IMG/VR virus record: IMGVR_UViG_2795385890_000001
Strand: one strand, 5' to 3'
From: a virus
Taxonomy: Duplodnaviria; Heunggongvirae; Uroviricota; Caudoviricetes
DNA length: 64,000 nt
Shown here: positions 33,030 to 41,332 of the stretch, piece by piece
Numbering within the stretch: the first letter of the stretch is position 1
Layout: each line of letters begins with the position of its first letter
The notes under the pieces: model-generated
The model's database searches: none
The model's input: only the letters and a program-made list of their open reading frames with translations
Told to the model about the DNA's origin: nothing
Position numbers and translations under genes: made by a program

Positions 33030-33331
33030 TCCGGGAGTTGGGCCTACGGCGGTGGCTGGCGTGGCGTCTGGTTCAGCTGGCCCACCGTATTGCCGACACC
33101 ACGGTCACGGAGCGCATTGTGATCGTGGCACCGGATGGAGGCCCCGTCGCTGAGTGGGAGATCGAGGGAGACGCCTACGGCAGCGGCGTGTCCAGCCAGA
33201 CCGGCCTCACCCACTTCGCGCCCGGCTATACCGCGCTGCACATATTCGACGGCGAGCCCACCTACCCGTACGACCTCCACTCGATGACCGCGTGGGCGCG
33301 GCTGTGCGCCTGGGAGGCAGCGAACCGGTGA
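33026..33331 (+). CDS. Hypothetical protein
   Basis: ATGA-coupled ORF. Confidence 0.4.
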   Translation: MIRELGLRRWLAWRLVQLAHRIADTTVTERIVIVAPDGGPVAEWEIEGDAYGSGVSSQTGLTHFAPGYTALHIFDGEPTYPYDLHSMTAWARLCAWEAANR

Positions 33332-34002
33332 GGAACCCGGAGGCCGATGTCGTCGACGCGATAGCCGCGCTTGTCGACAAACAGCTCCAACAAGAGGCGT
33401 CGGGCTACGACCACAACATCAACCAGGACTCCTGCCCGAAGTGCGGCGGCCCCTGGCACGGCCTCGTACGCGGCTCCTGCCCGGGCGCGACCGGCATACG
33501 GGGAAGTGACCCGGAGCGATTACCAGCGCCTCTCCTTGCCCAGCTGACAATTCCTGCCACGCCGCGGCCCTGGACTGAGCAGCGTCACTCGTACCCCGTC
33601 ACTCCCAGCGACGACGAAACGCTCCTATCAGAGTTCATTCTGGTCATCGCTGAGCCGATGCCCATCGAGTTCCGGGCAGTTGAGACGCCCGAGGAGTACC
33701 GGCTACTTCCGAGCCGCCACTGGACAGTCGACATCAGGTGTGAGTCGTCCTACGCCCATGCAACAGACATGCTCTGGCTTCGGATACGGTTCGGCGACCA
33801 ATATCTGAGGCACATCGTTCCGTACGCAGCTGTGTACGGTGCGCGTCCTGGCCTACGCCTGCTCCATACCTCGATTCCGAACCTGGCGGACAGCTACGTG
33901 GAGTTGTTCACCCACCCGACCTACGGGGTTGTCGCATGGTTCCGTATCAAAGGCGGTGCCTTTCAACTGCGTCTACGCTTCGCAGGGTTGGGGCATCCGT
34001 GA
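33328..34002 (+). CDS. Hypothetical protein with CPKCGG zinc-ribbon motif
   Basis: GTG-coupled start; in frame with track ORF 33154..34002. Confidence 0.45.
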   Translation: MRNPEADVVDAIAALVDKQLQQEASGYDHNINQDSCPKCGGPWHGLVRGSCPGATGIRGSDPERLPAPLLAQLTIPATPRPWTEQRHSYPVTPSDDETLLSEFILVIAEPMPIEFRAVETPEEYRLLPSRHWTVDIRCESSYAHATDMLWLRIRFGDQYLRHIVPYAAVYGARPGLRLLHTSIPNLADSYVELFTHPTYGVVAWFRIKGGAFQLRLRFAGLGHP

Positions 34003-34445
34003 CCGACAACCTGCCCGCCCCCGCGTCGCAGTCGGTGATTGCGCGTCGACTGCTCGGCCCTGCCGACTGCTGGTGGCGCCTTGGTCCCAATATCCGTAGC
34101 AGCAGGACTGCGGAGGAGCGCGGCTTGGTCAACGTGGTGCAACACGTCGACTTCGACAGCAAGGGCTTTAGCAAGGGCTTCTACCTCACTATCGAGCTGC
34201 GCGACGGCTACACACAAGACGTCTGGCCGTCCGCCTACAACGTGGTGCTTACCGAGCCAGACAACATCGACTTCTATCCACCGACACGTGTTGTGCCACA
34301 ACGTTTGAAGGCACTAGACCTACTCATCGAACGACCACCACTCCTTCGTATCCCGTTGGAATGGCAGCAGATAACCCGCCGGGGCGACCATGTCCACCCC
34401 GGCGAAGACATGCACAACTGGAGGTACGACAACCCATGGCTTTAG
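33999..34445 (+). CDS. Hypothetical protein
   Basis: GTG-coupled start. Confidence 0.45.
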   Translation: MTDNLPAPASQSVIARRLLGPADCWWRLGPNIRSSRTAEERGLVNVVQHVDFDSKGFSKGFYLTIELRDGYTQDVWPSAYNVVLTEPDNIDFYPPTRVVPQRLKALDLLIERPPLLRIPLEWQQITRRGDHVHPGEDMHNWRYDNPWL

Positions 34446-34984
34446 ACACCGACCGCATGACATCGGCCCGGGACATCCAGGCACTGATCGACTGCACGCA
34501 TCTGGCGCAGATCGAGCACGCGCAGTACATCGAGGGCACCCTGTACATCACCCGGCGGCAGCTGGAGGCTATCGAGGCCACCAGCCCGGGTTTGCCGACG
34601 AACATGACGTCTTACATCGCCCTCGGCTCCATCCCAGTGCGCGTTCTAGACCCTGGCGTACCAGTCCAGCTACCCAGCGGCGACGTGGTCATCTACTTAC
34701 CGGAGCTGCGCTCCCTGTGCGTCGTCAACGCCGCGACCGCACCGGTGTTCACGCAGCACGCCACCCCCCACCCGGAGGGGGTGGCCCGGGTGCGCGACGC
34801 TATCTGGGAGGAGCTGGAGCGGCAGGCCGAACGCTTCGGGCACGTCGACCGCGACCGGTCGGTTGTCGCCATGACTGCCATTGAGCTGGATATGGACCGG
34901 GTTGCGGCCGCAGCGATCAACGCCGTCAACGCGCCACCGGGACCACGCGCTGGTCGGCGCGACCAAGCTGTCGGTGGCAGCTGA
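34436..34984 (+). CDS. Hypothetical protein
   Basis: MALDTDRMTSARDIQALIDCTHLAQIEHAQYIEG...; overlaps the upstream gene by 10 nt. Confidence 0.45.
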   Translation: MALDTDRMTSARDIQALIDCTHLAQIEHAQYIEGTLYITRRQLEAIEATSPGLPTNMTSYIALGSIPVRVLDPGVPVQLPSGDVVIYLPELRSLCVVNAATAPVFTQHATPHPEGVARVRDAIWEELERQAERFGHVDRDRSVVAMTAIELDMDRVAAAAINAVNAPPGPRAGRRDQAVGGS

Positions 34985-34997
34985 TAGAACAGCGGAC

Positions 34998-35402
34998 ATG
35001 GGACGCCGTGTTGAGGCATTGATCAGGCAAGCCATCGCGGGCATACCTAATCTGCTGGGCACTACGCAAACGCGCTTGGGCGACAGCCACCCCACCACGG
35101 TGGTTTACACCCCGGAGGAGGTGGCAGCCCGCATAGCGTCGGTTCTGCCGCCACTTCTCCAGTCGGTTGGCTGTCTGTTGGTGGAGCTGCCAGACGTTGC
35201 TCGGGACGAGTTCGGGTCCGAGTCGGTCCGGGTACCACTGGGCGGTCAACCGTGGGCAGATGGCACTATCCGGCTGCACCGCACGCCGCGTGGCAACCGG
35301 CTAACCCTGTCCGGCATACCGGCGCCGCTCGCGGCCGACGACGCCCCAACCGTTGCCGCCGCGCTCCTTGCGACGCATTTAGCAGCCGTACAGCCGAGCT
35401 AG
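34998..35402 (+). CDS. Hypothetical protein
   Basis: First ATG with protein-like sequence downstream, within track ORF 34881..35402. Confidence 0.4.
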   Translation: MGRRVEALIRQAIAGIPNLLGTTQTRLGDSHPTTVVYTPEEVAARIASVLPPLLQSVGCLLVELPDVARDEFGSESVRVPLGGQPWADGTIRLHRTPRGNRLTLSGIPAPLAADDAPTVAAALLATHLAAVQPS

Positions 35403-35420
35403 GCGTTTCCCCGGTAGGTT

Positions 35421-35720
35421 GTGGCCATGACGGAGGCATACATCGGGATCAAGGTCTACCGCTACGACAACCCGATATACGACCAGTTCGGCACCGGGGC
35501 GCAGTGGCTGATACTCCCGGACGGGAGCCTGCTCGTCCATGACCCCAACGGCACCAAGCAACAACTGATTGACAATCCGCTGGTGCCGCCCAGCCCCACC
35601 CCGAGAACACCGCGCTGGTTCACCTATGCGCCCCGTGACCTGGAGAGAATTGAGGCGGTCGAACCGCCCAGCCCAGACCTCAGGCAGATGGTCGACGAAG
35701 CCCTCAACAGGCCCCGATAG
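35421..35720 (+). CDS. Hypothetical protein
   Basis: ORF with upstream GGTAGG RBS. Confidence 0.4.
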   Translation: MAMTEAYIGIKVYRYDNPIYDQFGTGAQWLILPDGSLLVHDPNGTKQQLIDNPLVPPSPTPRTPRWFTYAPRDLERIEAVEPPSPDLRQMVDEALNRPR

Positions 35721-35726
35721 ATCCCT

Positions 35727-36335
35727 ATGTACGCCGGGTTGGAGAGCGTCACCGCGGTTCTATTCGCAGACGGCCAGGGCGGGAACTCTGAGCTGGGGAT
35801 GCCGTCCTGGCTACAGGTGCTCCTCTATGCAACGTTCGGGGGCGGGCTGGCTGCCACTATCTCCGTGGGCGCGTTCCACGAGGTCGCGAAGCAGCTAGCG
35901 CAGCACTCACGTTTAACCCGGGGCCTATCGACAGCTCTGTTCCTCCTTGGCGCAGCGGCCGTCGTTGTTGGTGGTATCGCGACCCTGGTCCTTGGCCTAA
36001 ATCCTGCCGTTTTCAGCGCCTCGGCCGTATTCGGCAGCTACGCAATGTGGATGGGTCACCGGCTGAGTCGGTTGTCGTTCGACCTGACCGACGGGCACAC
36101 CGCCAAGCTGCTGGCGCAGGAATCACTCAGGGAGAAGACGATTGCCAACGACCGTGCCGAGTTCCAACTGGAGCAGGAGCAGCAGGACGCCGACCTCACT
36201 AGGCGTGAACGGGCTGCGCGCATCATGGCCGAGGAGATCAGGTACCGGCGGGAAGCGTTGGAGCTAGATCAACGACTGCGGGAGCTGCCGGAGCCACCGA
36301 CCGACCCCGACGACGACAATAGGTCCAGCGAGTAA
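35727..36335 (+). CDS. Membrane protein (3-4 predicted TM helices) with C-terminal coiled-coil
   Basis: Hydrophobic segments VLLYATFGGGLAATISVGAF and LFLLGAAAVVVGGIATLVLGL; charged helical tail. Confidence 0.5.
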   Translation: MYAGLESVTAVLFADGQGGNSELGMPSWLQVLLYATFGGGLAATISVGAFHEVAKQLAQHSRLTRGLSTALFLLGAAAVVVGGIATLVLGLNPAVFSASAVFGSYAMWMGHRLSRLSFDLTDGHTAKLLAQESLREKTIANDRAEFQLEQEQQDADLTRRERAARIMAEEIRYRREALELDQRLRELPEPPTDPDDDNRSSE

Positions 36336-36407
36336 TCCCCTGGTCGTAGCCATGTCCCGCCGTCGTGGCTCGGAGACGTCTCGGACACAGTCTGGCACCA
36401 TGTCGGC

Positions 36408-36734
36408 ATGGCGCTGACATGGAATGCAGGGGAGTTGCACGATGCCGCGGAGAAGGTGCTCCAGCTTGAGGCCGAAGTCCGCAGAGACCCCGAATACCAG
36501 GCGTTCGGTCAGCTCGAACGCATCGCCGATTCAGTCGGGGTCAGCAGCCAAGACGGCATGACGGCGTCGCTCGATCAACTGCTGCACACCTACCGGGAAA
36601 CACCTGTACCTGCCGACGTGATCCAGTTCTTCGGCGACGTGCTCTGGAAGGCGGCCCGCGCCGCCGAAGAGACCCAGCTTGAGATCAACCGCCAGTGCGC
36701 CCGGCTGTGGCGGGGATTCCCATATACCGGCTGA
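36408..36734 (+). CDS. Hypothetical protein
   Basis: Last ORF before a strong terminator. Confidence 0.4.
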   Translation: MALTWNAGELHDAAEKVLQLEAEVRRDPEYQAFGQLERIADSVGVSSQDGMTASLDQLLHTYRETPVPADVIQFFGDVLWKAARAAEETQLEINRQCARLWRGFPYTG

Positions 36735-36815
36735 CCGACACACCCGTCTGACCTGCATACGGGGATGCGCCCGTATCACGTGTTATACATATGTCGTTGG
36801 CACCGCTGTGCCTTG

Positions 36816-36852
36816 AACGCCCCCGGACCTCACCCCGGGGGCGTTTCGTTTA
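36816..36852 (+). terminator. Rho-independent terminator (AACGCCCCCGG-ACCTCA-CCGGGGGCGTT + TCGTTTAT)
   Basis: Perfect 11-bp GC stem, 6-nt loop and T-rich tail; ends the early/middle gene train. Confidence 0.6.
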
Positions 36853-37065
36853 TCCGCTTCCCGCCCCGCGCCGCGTCAACCCGGTACCGCTGATACTGCC
36901 GGTAAGCGCGCGACCCCAGGTTCGCCGCGTGCTCGGCGCCAGGGTCACCAGGTACGCCACCACATCGCCGCCCGGCCTGTCGGGCGGGTGGTACGCCGAT
37001 GCCCAGGACGCCCCAACTCCTTGGGGGTGAGGGCGCGCTGCGCCGCGCTGGCGGGAAGCCCCAGG

Positions 37066-37077
37066 CCGGTGCACCGG
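37066..37077. promoter_or_regulatory. 12-bp palindrome CCGGTGCACCGG; second copy of the core (CCCGGTGCACC) at 37145-37155, both upstream of the late operon start
   Basis: Two copies of the GGTGCACC palindrome about 80 bp apart in the 335-bp non-coding gap before the gene at 37188. Confidence 0.35.
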
Positions 37078-37187
37078 GCCGCCATTTGCCCTCGCGTGGA
37101 ACAAGCTGGGCAGCTATCGCGTCACGGCCGAACGGGTAACTAGGCCCGGTGCACCCTAAACATGTTGTTACGCAGGGAGATACACGC

Positions 37188-37493
37188 ATGGACGATTCTT
37201 CGATCCTGCCCGGTCAACGTCCATCAAACACACTGATTGACCGGATGCTGGACAAGCTGATTGACCGAGTACTGGACCGCGTATTCGCGCGAATAGGCGA
37301 GCTGGACGACAAGCTGCCCGTGATCGCCGACGCCGTTACCCGCGCAATCCTGGACCGCACTGGCCTCAACAAGCTCGACGAACTCGCAAAAACCATTGTG
37401 ACAGAGCTACTTTCACGCCTACGCGGTCTCCCGTCCATCCCCTTCAAGAACCTCTTCCCCAACCTAGGAGACCCTGATGGCCGCACGCCTTGA
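37188..37493 (+). CDS. Hypothetical protein (first gene after the non-coding gap)
   Basis: RBS CAGGGAGATACACGC + ATG; helical repeats LIDRMLDKLIDRVLDRVF. Confidence 0.45.
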   Translation: MDDSSILPGQRPSNTLIDRMLDKLIDRVLDRVFARIGELDDKLPVIADAVTRAILDRTGLNKLDELAKTIVTELLSRLRGLPSIPFKNLFPNLGDPDGRTP

Positions 37494-37827
37494 GATCCGC
37501 TTCAACGACCGCGTCATCTACTTGCAGGACGTCGACGAATACACCATCGACACCACCGCGGAGGGCACGGTAACGCTGGCCGCCATCGAGTCCGGGCATC
37601 GCGCCGACCCCGCCGCCCCGACCGGCACCGTCATGGACGGCGTCTTCAGCCTCGACAACCTGCCGCCCGAGTCCGTCGTCATCGCGCCGGACGCCCACCT
37701 CAGCGATGTCGCCAACCAGGACCCCGAGGTGCTGGAGACCGTGCACACCGGTGAGGCGTACACCACTACCGGCGGCGAGGACGACACCCCGGCGGCGGAC
37801 ACCGGTAAGGGCGCCAAGGGCAAGTGA
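37477..37827 (+). CDS. Hypothetical protein
   Basis: Overlapping-start ORF in the gene train. Confidence 0.45.
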   Translation: MAARLEIRFNDRVIYLQDVDEYTIDTTAEGTVTLAAIESGHRADPAAPTGTVMDGVFSLDNLPPESVVIAPDAHLSDVANQDPEVLETVHTGEAYTTTGGEDDTPAADTGKGAKGK

Positions 37828-38306
37828 GCGCTCTGCCAGAGTCGTTCACGGTCAGCTACGACACCTGGGCAGGTGTCACCGACCGCCAGACCGACCCGGA
37901 CAACGAGCCGGACATCCGACCCGTCACCGGCACCATCCTGTTCCGGTACCGGGTGCCGTCCGGCTGGGCGTTCCGCGCCGCCGAGTACGACCCACGCCCC
38001 ACCGACTTCGCGCTCGACACCTTCACCGCCCGTCTCGACGAGGGCCGATTGAAGCAGCTGGATGGCACGGTCAACGTCAAGCTCATCGCCAACACCCCGC
38101 TCCTGGCGTGGGATCAACCGCTGTACATCGACATCAGCTTCTCCAACATCGTGTTCAACCGCGGTGACCGGTCATGGCGGAACTTCGCCATCGTCGCCCC
38201 CACCACCGGTGGTGGGACGGTCAACCTGACCACGGTGCAGCGGTACCCGTTCCTCACGCCGCAGCAGTACGAGGGCTGGTTCCAGAACCACCCGGCGCCC
38301 GTCTGA
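37824..38306 (+). CDS. Hypothetical protein
   Basis: GTG-coupled ORF. Confidence 0.45.
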   Translation: MSALPESFTVSYDTWAGVTDRQTDPDNEPDIRPVTGTILFRYRVPSGWAFRAAEYDPRPTDFALDTFTARLDEGRLKQLDGTVNVKLIANTPLLAWDQPLYIDISFSNIVFNRGDRSWRNFAIVAPTTGGGTVNLTTVQRYPFLTPQQYEGWFQNHPAPV

Positions 38307-38677
38307 TGCGCGCCGGTGTCGTAGTCGCCCGCAGCCGTGAGGACGGGGAGCGGCTGGCCGACCTACTGGACCTGACCGGCTGGCAGATCATCACACCGGG
38401 ACAGTCCAGCCAGGGGCGCCGCTGCAAGCCCGTGGTGATCACCACCGACCCCGACCTCCTCACCCCGGACGTCGTGGCCGCCGTCGTAGGCATGGCGTAT
38501 CCGGCGTCCCAGCCGCTGACCTTCTACACCCTGCTCCTCACACTGCCCACCCCTGCCGCACCGGCACCGCGCGCCCCAGAGGTGTGCGGGCACTGCGGCC
38601 AGCAGCTCGGCGGCACATGCCCCGGCTGCCACCGCCGCCAGCACGACCACACCAAGAAGAAGTGCTACCTGTGCTGA
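38306..38677 (+). CDS. Hypothetical protein with C-terminal Cys cluster
   Basis: CGHCGQQLGGTCPGCHRRQHDHTKKKCYLC; ATG shares a base with the upstream TGA. Confidence 0.4.
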   Translation: MRAGVVVARSREDGERLADLLDLTGWQIITPGQSSQGRRCKPVVITTDPDLLTPDVVAAVVGMAYPASQPLTFYTLLLTLPTPAAPAPRAPEVCGHCGQQLGGTCPGCHRRQHDHTKKKCYLC

Positions 38678-39054
38678 CGCAACCCGCCCTCCACGACCCG
38701 CTGCTGCGAGCAGTGATCGACGAGGCAGGTCTGACCATGACCTGCAACCTATGGCTCCAAGGAGACCCAGCCATGTTCCACAGCACCCCCGCCAGTCACG
38801 CAGACATCGACCACCGGTTCAACTACCACCGACCCGATGCCGACCAGGTCACCCGCCACGAGACCATCCGTGGGAAGTGCAAGGACCTGGCGCACGACCT
38901 CGACTCGATCCTCCCGCCGGGCCGCGAGAAGGCCCTCGCGTTGACCAAGCTGGAGGAAGCGCTGATGTGGGGCAACGCAGCCATCGCCCGCGAGGTCCTG
39001 CGGGAGCCGATCGCTAACGCCCACCAGCTCGTCATCCAGGACCACCACGCATGA
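38671..39054 (+). CDS. Hypothetical protein
   Basis: GTG start overlapping the upstream stop; conserved-looking core HRFNYHRPDADQVTRHETIRGKCKDLAHDLD. Confidence 0.4.
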   Translation: MLTQPALHDPLLRAVIDEAGLTMTCNLWLQGDPAMFHSTPASHADIDHRFNYHRPDADQVTRHETIRGKCKDLAHDLDSILPPGREKALALTKLEEALMWGNAAIAREVLREPIANAHQLVIQDHHA

Positions 39055-39494
39055 CCACCGCGGAGCAGGTCCACCAGGACGCTGTCGCTGGCCCGAAGGT
39101 CACTGTGGTCACCGTCAGCGGCGACCGCCAGCACGGCAAGACGCACATCCTGCTCGACCTCGTCGCCGGTGAGCTTCGGCGCGGCCGGTTCGTGCTGTAC
39201 GAGACGTCGGACTGGCCCGTGGCGCAGGAGCACCACCGCAACCTCGTCGACGCCCATCTCATGCCGGGCATCGACGTGCTGGAGCGGGTCTGCCGAAGTG
39301 CTAACGACCTGTCCGTCCGGCACCGTTCCGGCGGCCGGGTCCAGTTCCTGTCCATCGGCCGGAGCCGCAGCGGTGCGCACTACCGGGCAGACACGTACGT
39401 CTTCGATGACGTCCCGGTGCCGCGGGAGCTGCTGTACGGGCCGCCCGCCCGCATCTACCACGCGCCGCGCGCCGATGATCGGCTGTTCTGGTGA
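39051..39494 (+). CDS. Hypothetical protein
   Basis: ATGA-coupled ORF. Confidence 0.45.
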   Translation: MTTAEQVHQDAVAGPKVTVVTVSGDRQHGKTHILLDLVAGELRRGRFVLYETSDWPVAQEHHRNLVDAHLMPGIDVLERVCRSANDLSVRHRSGGRVQFLSIGRSRSGAHYRADTYVFDDVPVPRELLYGPPARIYHAPRADDRLFW

Positions 39495-39922
39495 GCAACC
39501 AGCGCACGATCCGCGCCGTTATCCCGGTCCTGCCCGACATGGACATGGACCAGGTGCTCTGGCACACCCGCGAGTCGATTGAGACCACCGCGGCGGCCGA
39601 CGGCCTCACCGTCGTCGCGGTCACGTCGGCCGTAATCCCGGTCGACGCCCTCCCGAAGGACCCCAACACCGGGGTACCGCTCGCAGCCGCCAACCTTGAC
39701 CGGCCACTCGCCGAGTACACGTTCTGCGAGTTCGTAGCGACCGTAGAGCGACCCGAGGCTGACACCAGTAACCCCCCATGCGGCTACTGCGGACACCCCT
39801 CCCACGCCGACGGCAAGTGCGAGCATCCTGCCCCGAACTGGTTGGGCGGCCCTGAGGCCCTGTGCACCAGCTGCCCCGGTGACGGCGACGTCCGCGGCCA
39901 CAAGCCCGTGGGTCTCCACTGA
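39491..39922 (+). CDS. Hypothetical protein with C-terminal Cys/His cluster
   Basis: GTG-coupled; CGYCGHPSHADGKCEHP...CTSCPGDG. Confidence 0.45.
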   Translation: MSNQRTIRAVIPVLPDMDMDQVLWHTRESIETTAAADGLTVVAVTSAVIPVDALPKDPNTGVPLAAANLDRPLAEYTFCEFVATVERPEADTSNPPCGYCGHPSHADGKCEHPAPNWLGGPEALCTSCPGDGDVRGHKPVGLH

Positions 39923-40185
39923 TGACCGGCCAGCGCATCGGATATGTCGACATGATCACCGGTGCCGTCTACATCGACCACGTGAGCGGCAAGAAGTATT
40001 CAGGGGTCCATGCCTTCGGCGGACTTACACCTGACTTAGAACCACCCGCCTGCCCGTCGCGCCGGTCACCGGACCCCCTCGCCCGTGCCCTCGCGCTCAT
40101 CACCGACGCTCACGACACGGTCCGCTATCTGACTGCGCCCCGCTGGAAGCGGCCACTGCTGCGCCTGTTGCGCTGGCTCCGCTGA
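39922..40185 (+). CDS. Hypothetical protein
   Basis: Start shares a base with the upstream stop. Confidence 0.4.
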   Translation: MTGQRIGYVDMITGAVYIDHVSGKKYSGVHAFGGLTPDLEPPACPSRRSPDPLARALALITDAHDTVRYLTAPRWKRPLLRLLRWLR

Positions 40186-40400
40186 TGGCCGACAACGTAA
40201 TCCAACTCAACCCGCCGACCACCACCAACCACCGCTGCATCAAATGCGGTAGTGAGTGGTTCCGGCTGGACGGCACCCTGGCCGGACCCGGCGCACCCGC
40301 CCACGGCGCCGTGGTCCTGGCCGCGGACGACCGCATCCGCATCACCGGCTACTGCGGCACACCCCGCTGCCTGGAGTGCGGCCACCTGGTGGCGGTCTAG
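40185..40400 (+). CDS. Zinc-ribbon protein
   Basis: CIKCGSEW...CGTPRCLECGH. Confidence 0.4.
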   Translation: MADNVIQLNPPTTTNHRCIKCGSEWFRLDGTLAGPGAPAHGAVVLAADDRIRITGYCGTPRCLECGHLVAV

Positions 40401-41152
40401 TGCTGTACGTGGTGACTGGCCCGCCTGCCGCAGGCAAGTCCACGTGGATACAGGCCAACGCCCAGCCCGGCGACATCACCATCGACTACGACGCCATCGC
40501 CAACGTCCTCACCCCGCCCCACGGTGACCCCCACACCCACCCCGAGCACGTGAAGGCCGTAACGAAGGCAGCCCGGCAGGCAGCCATAGACGCCGCCGTC
40601 CTACTGATCGCCACCACCGACGTGTACGTCATCCACTCCACCCCCAGCGAGGCCCTGCTCACCAAGTACCGGGCACTGGGCGCAGAGGTCGTAACCATCA
40701 ACCCCGGCAAGGACGTCGTACTCGCCCGCGCCCAGCAGCAGCGGCCCCACAACATCCAGCAGGCAGCACGCCACTGGTACGAGACCCACGACGAAGCGCC
40801 CACCACACCCGTGGACCCCGCCGACGTACCCGGACTGGACGCAGACGGACGCCCACGCTCCCGCGCCTACCGCAAGCTCGTCGCCGACTTCCGCACAGCC
40901 TGCGCCCACCACACCAACGACGACGGCACCACCGGAGCACCCTGCTGGATCTGCCACCGCCCCATCGACTACACCATCACCGACCCCTACCACCCCGACG
41001 TCTTCAACGCCGACCACGCCGCACCCGTCAAGGAACGCCCCGAGCTGGCCATGGACATCAACAACCTCCGGCCCTCCCACCGCGACTGCAACCTCAAACG
41101 CGGCACCGACGACGCCCACATCGACATCGGTTTGCCCTCAGAGCAGTGGTGA
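40400..41152 (+). CDS. P-loop NTPase (kinase-like AAA_33-type) fused to a C-terminal HNH endonuclease
   Basis: Walker A VLYVVTGPPAAGKST at the N-terminus. C-terminus CWICHRPIDY...ADHAAPV...PSHRDCNLKRG is an HNH motif. Sits just upstream of the terminase genes. Confidence 0.55.
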   Translation: MLYVVTGPPAAGKSTWIQANAQPGDITIDYDAIANVLTPPHGDPHTHPEHVKAVTKAARQAAIDAAVLLIATTDVYVIHSTPSEALLTKYRALGAEVVTINPGKDVVLARAQQQRPHNIQQAARHWYETHDEAPTTPVDPADVPGLDADGRPRSRAYRKLVADFRTACAHHTNDDGTTGAPCWICHRPIDYTITDPYHPDVFNADHAAPVKERPELAMDINNLRPSHRDCNLKRGTDDAHIDIGLPSEQW

Positions 41153-41301
41153 CGCTGAAACGCCCTGTACGCCCCCGTGCCACAGAGGACCGATGACACC
41201 CAACTCCCCACAAACGGCCGTCTCAGGGCCAACCAGAGGGGTAAGGGGCCTCCGAAACTTCAAACGCCCAGCCGAGGCCCATGCCGCCCGGCTTGTGTCC
41301 T

Positions 41302-41310
41302 CCCCCCCCC
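41302..41310. repeat. Homopolymeric C9 tract 23 bp upstream of the ParB-methyltransferase ATG (inside the longer in-frame ORF starting at 41177)
   Basis: TCCTCCCCCCCCCGACG; longest mononucleotide run noticed in the window. Confidence 0.5.
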
Positions 41311-41332
41311 GACGAAAGTTGACGGAATCCAC

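Noticed and set aside
36791-37189. ORFs in the 36.8-37.2 kb gap (36791..37030 +, 36830..37189 -)
   Set aside because: Pro/Arg/Gly-rich low-complexity translations, no RBS. The region follows a strong terminator and is better explained as regulatory DNA.
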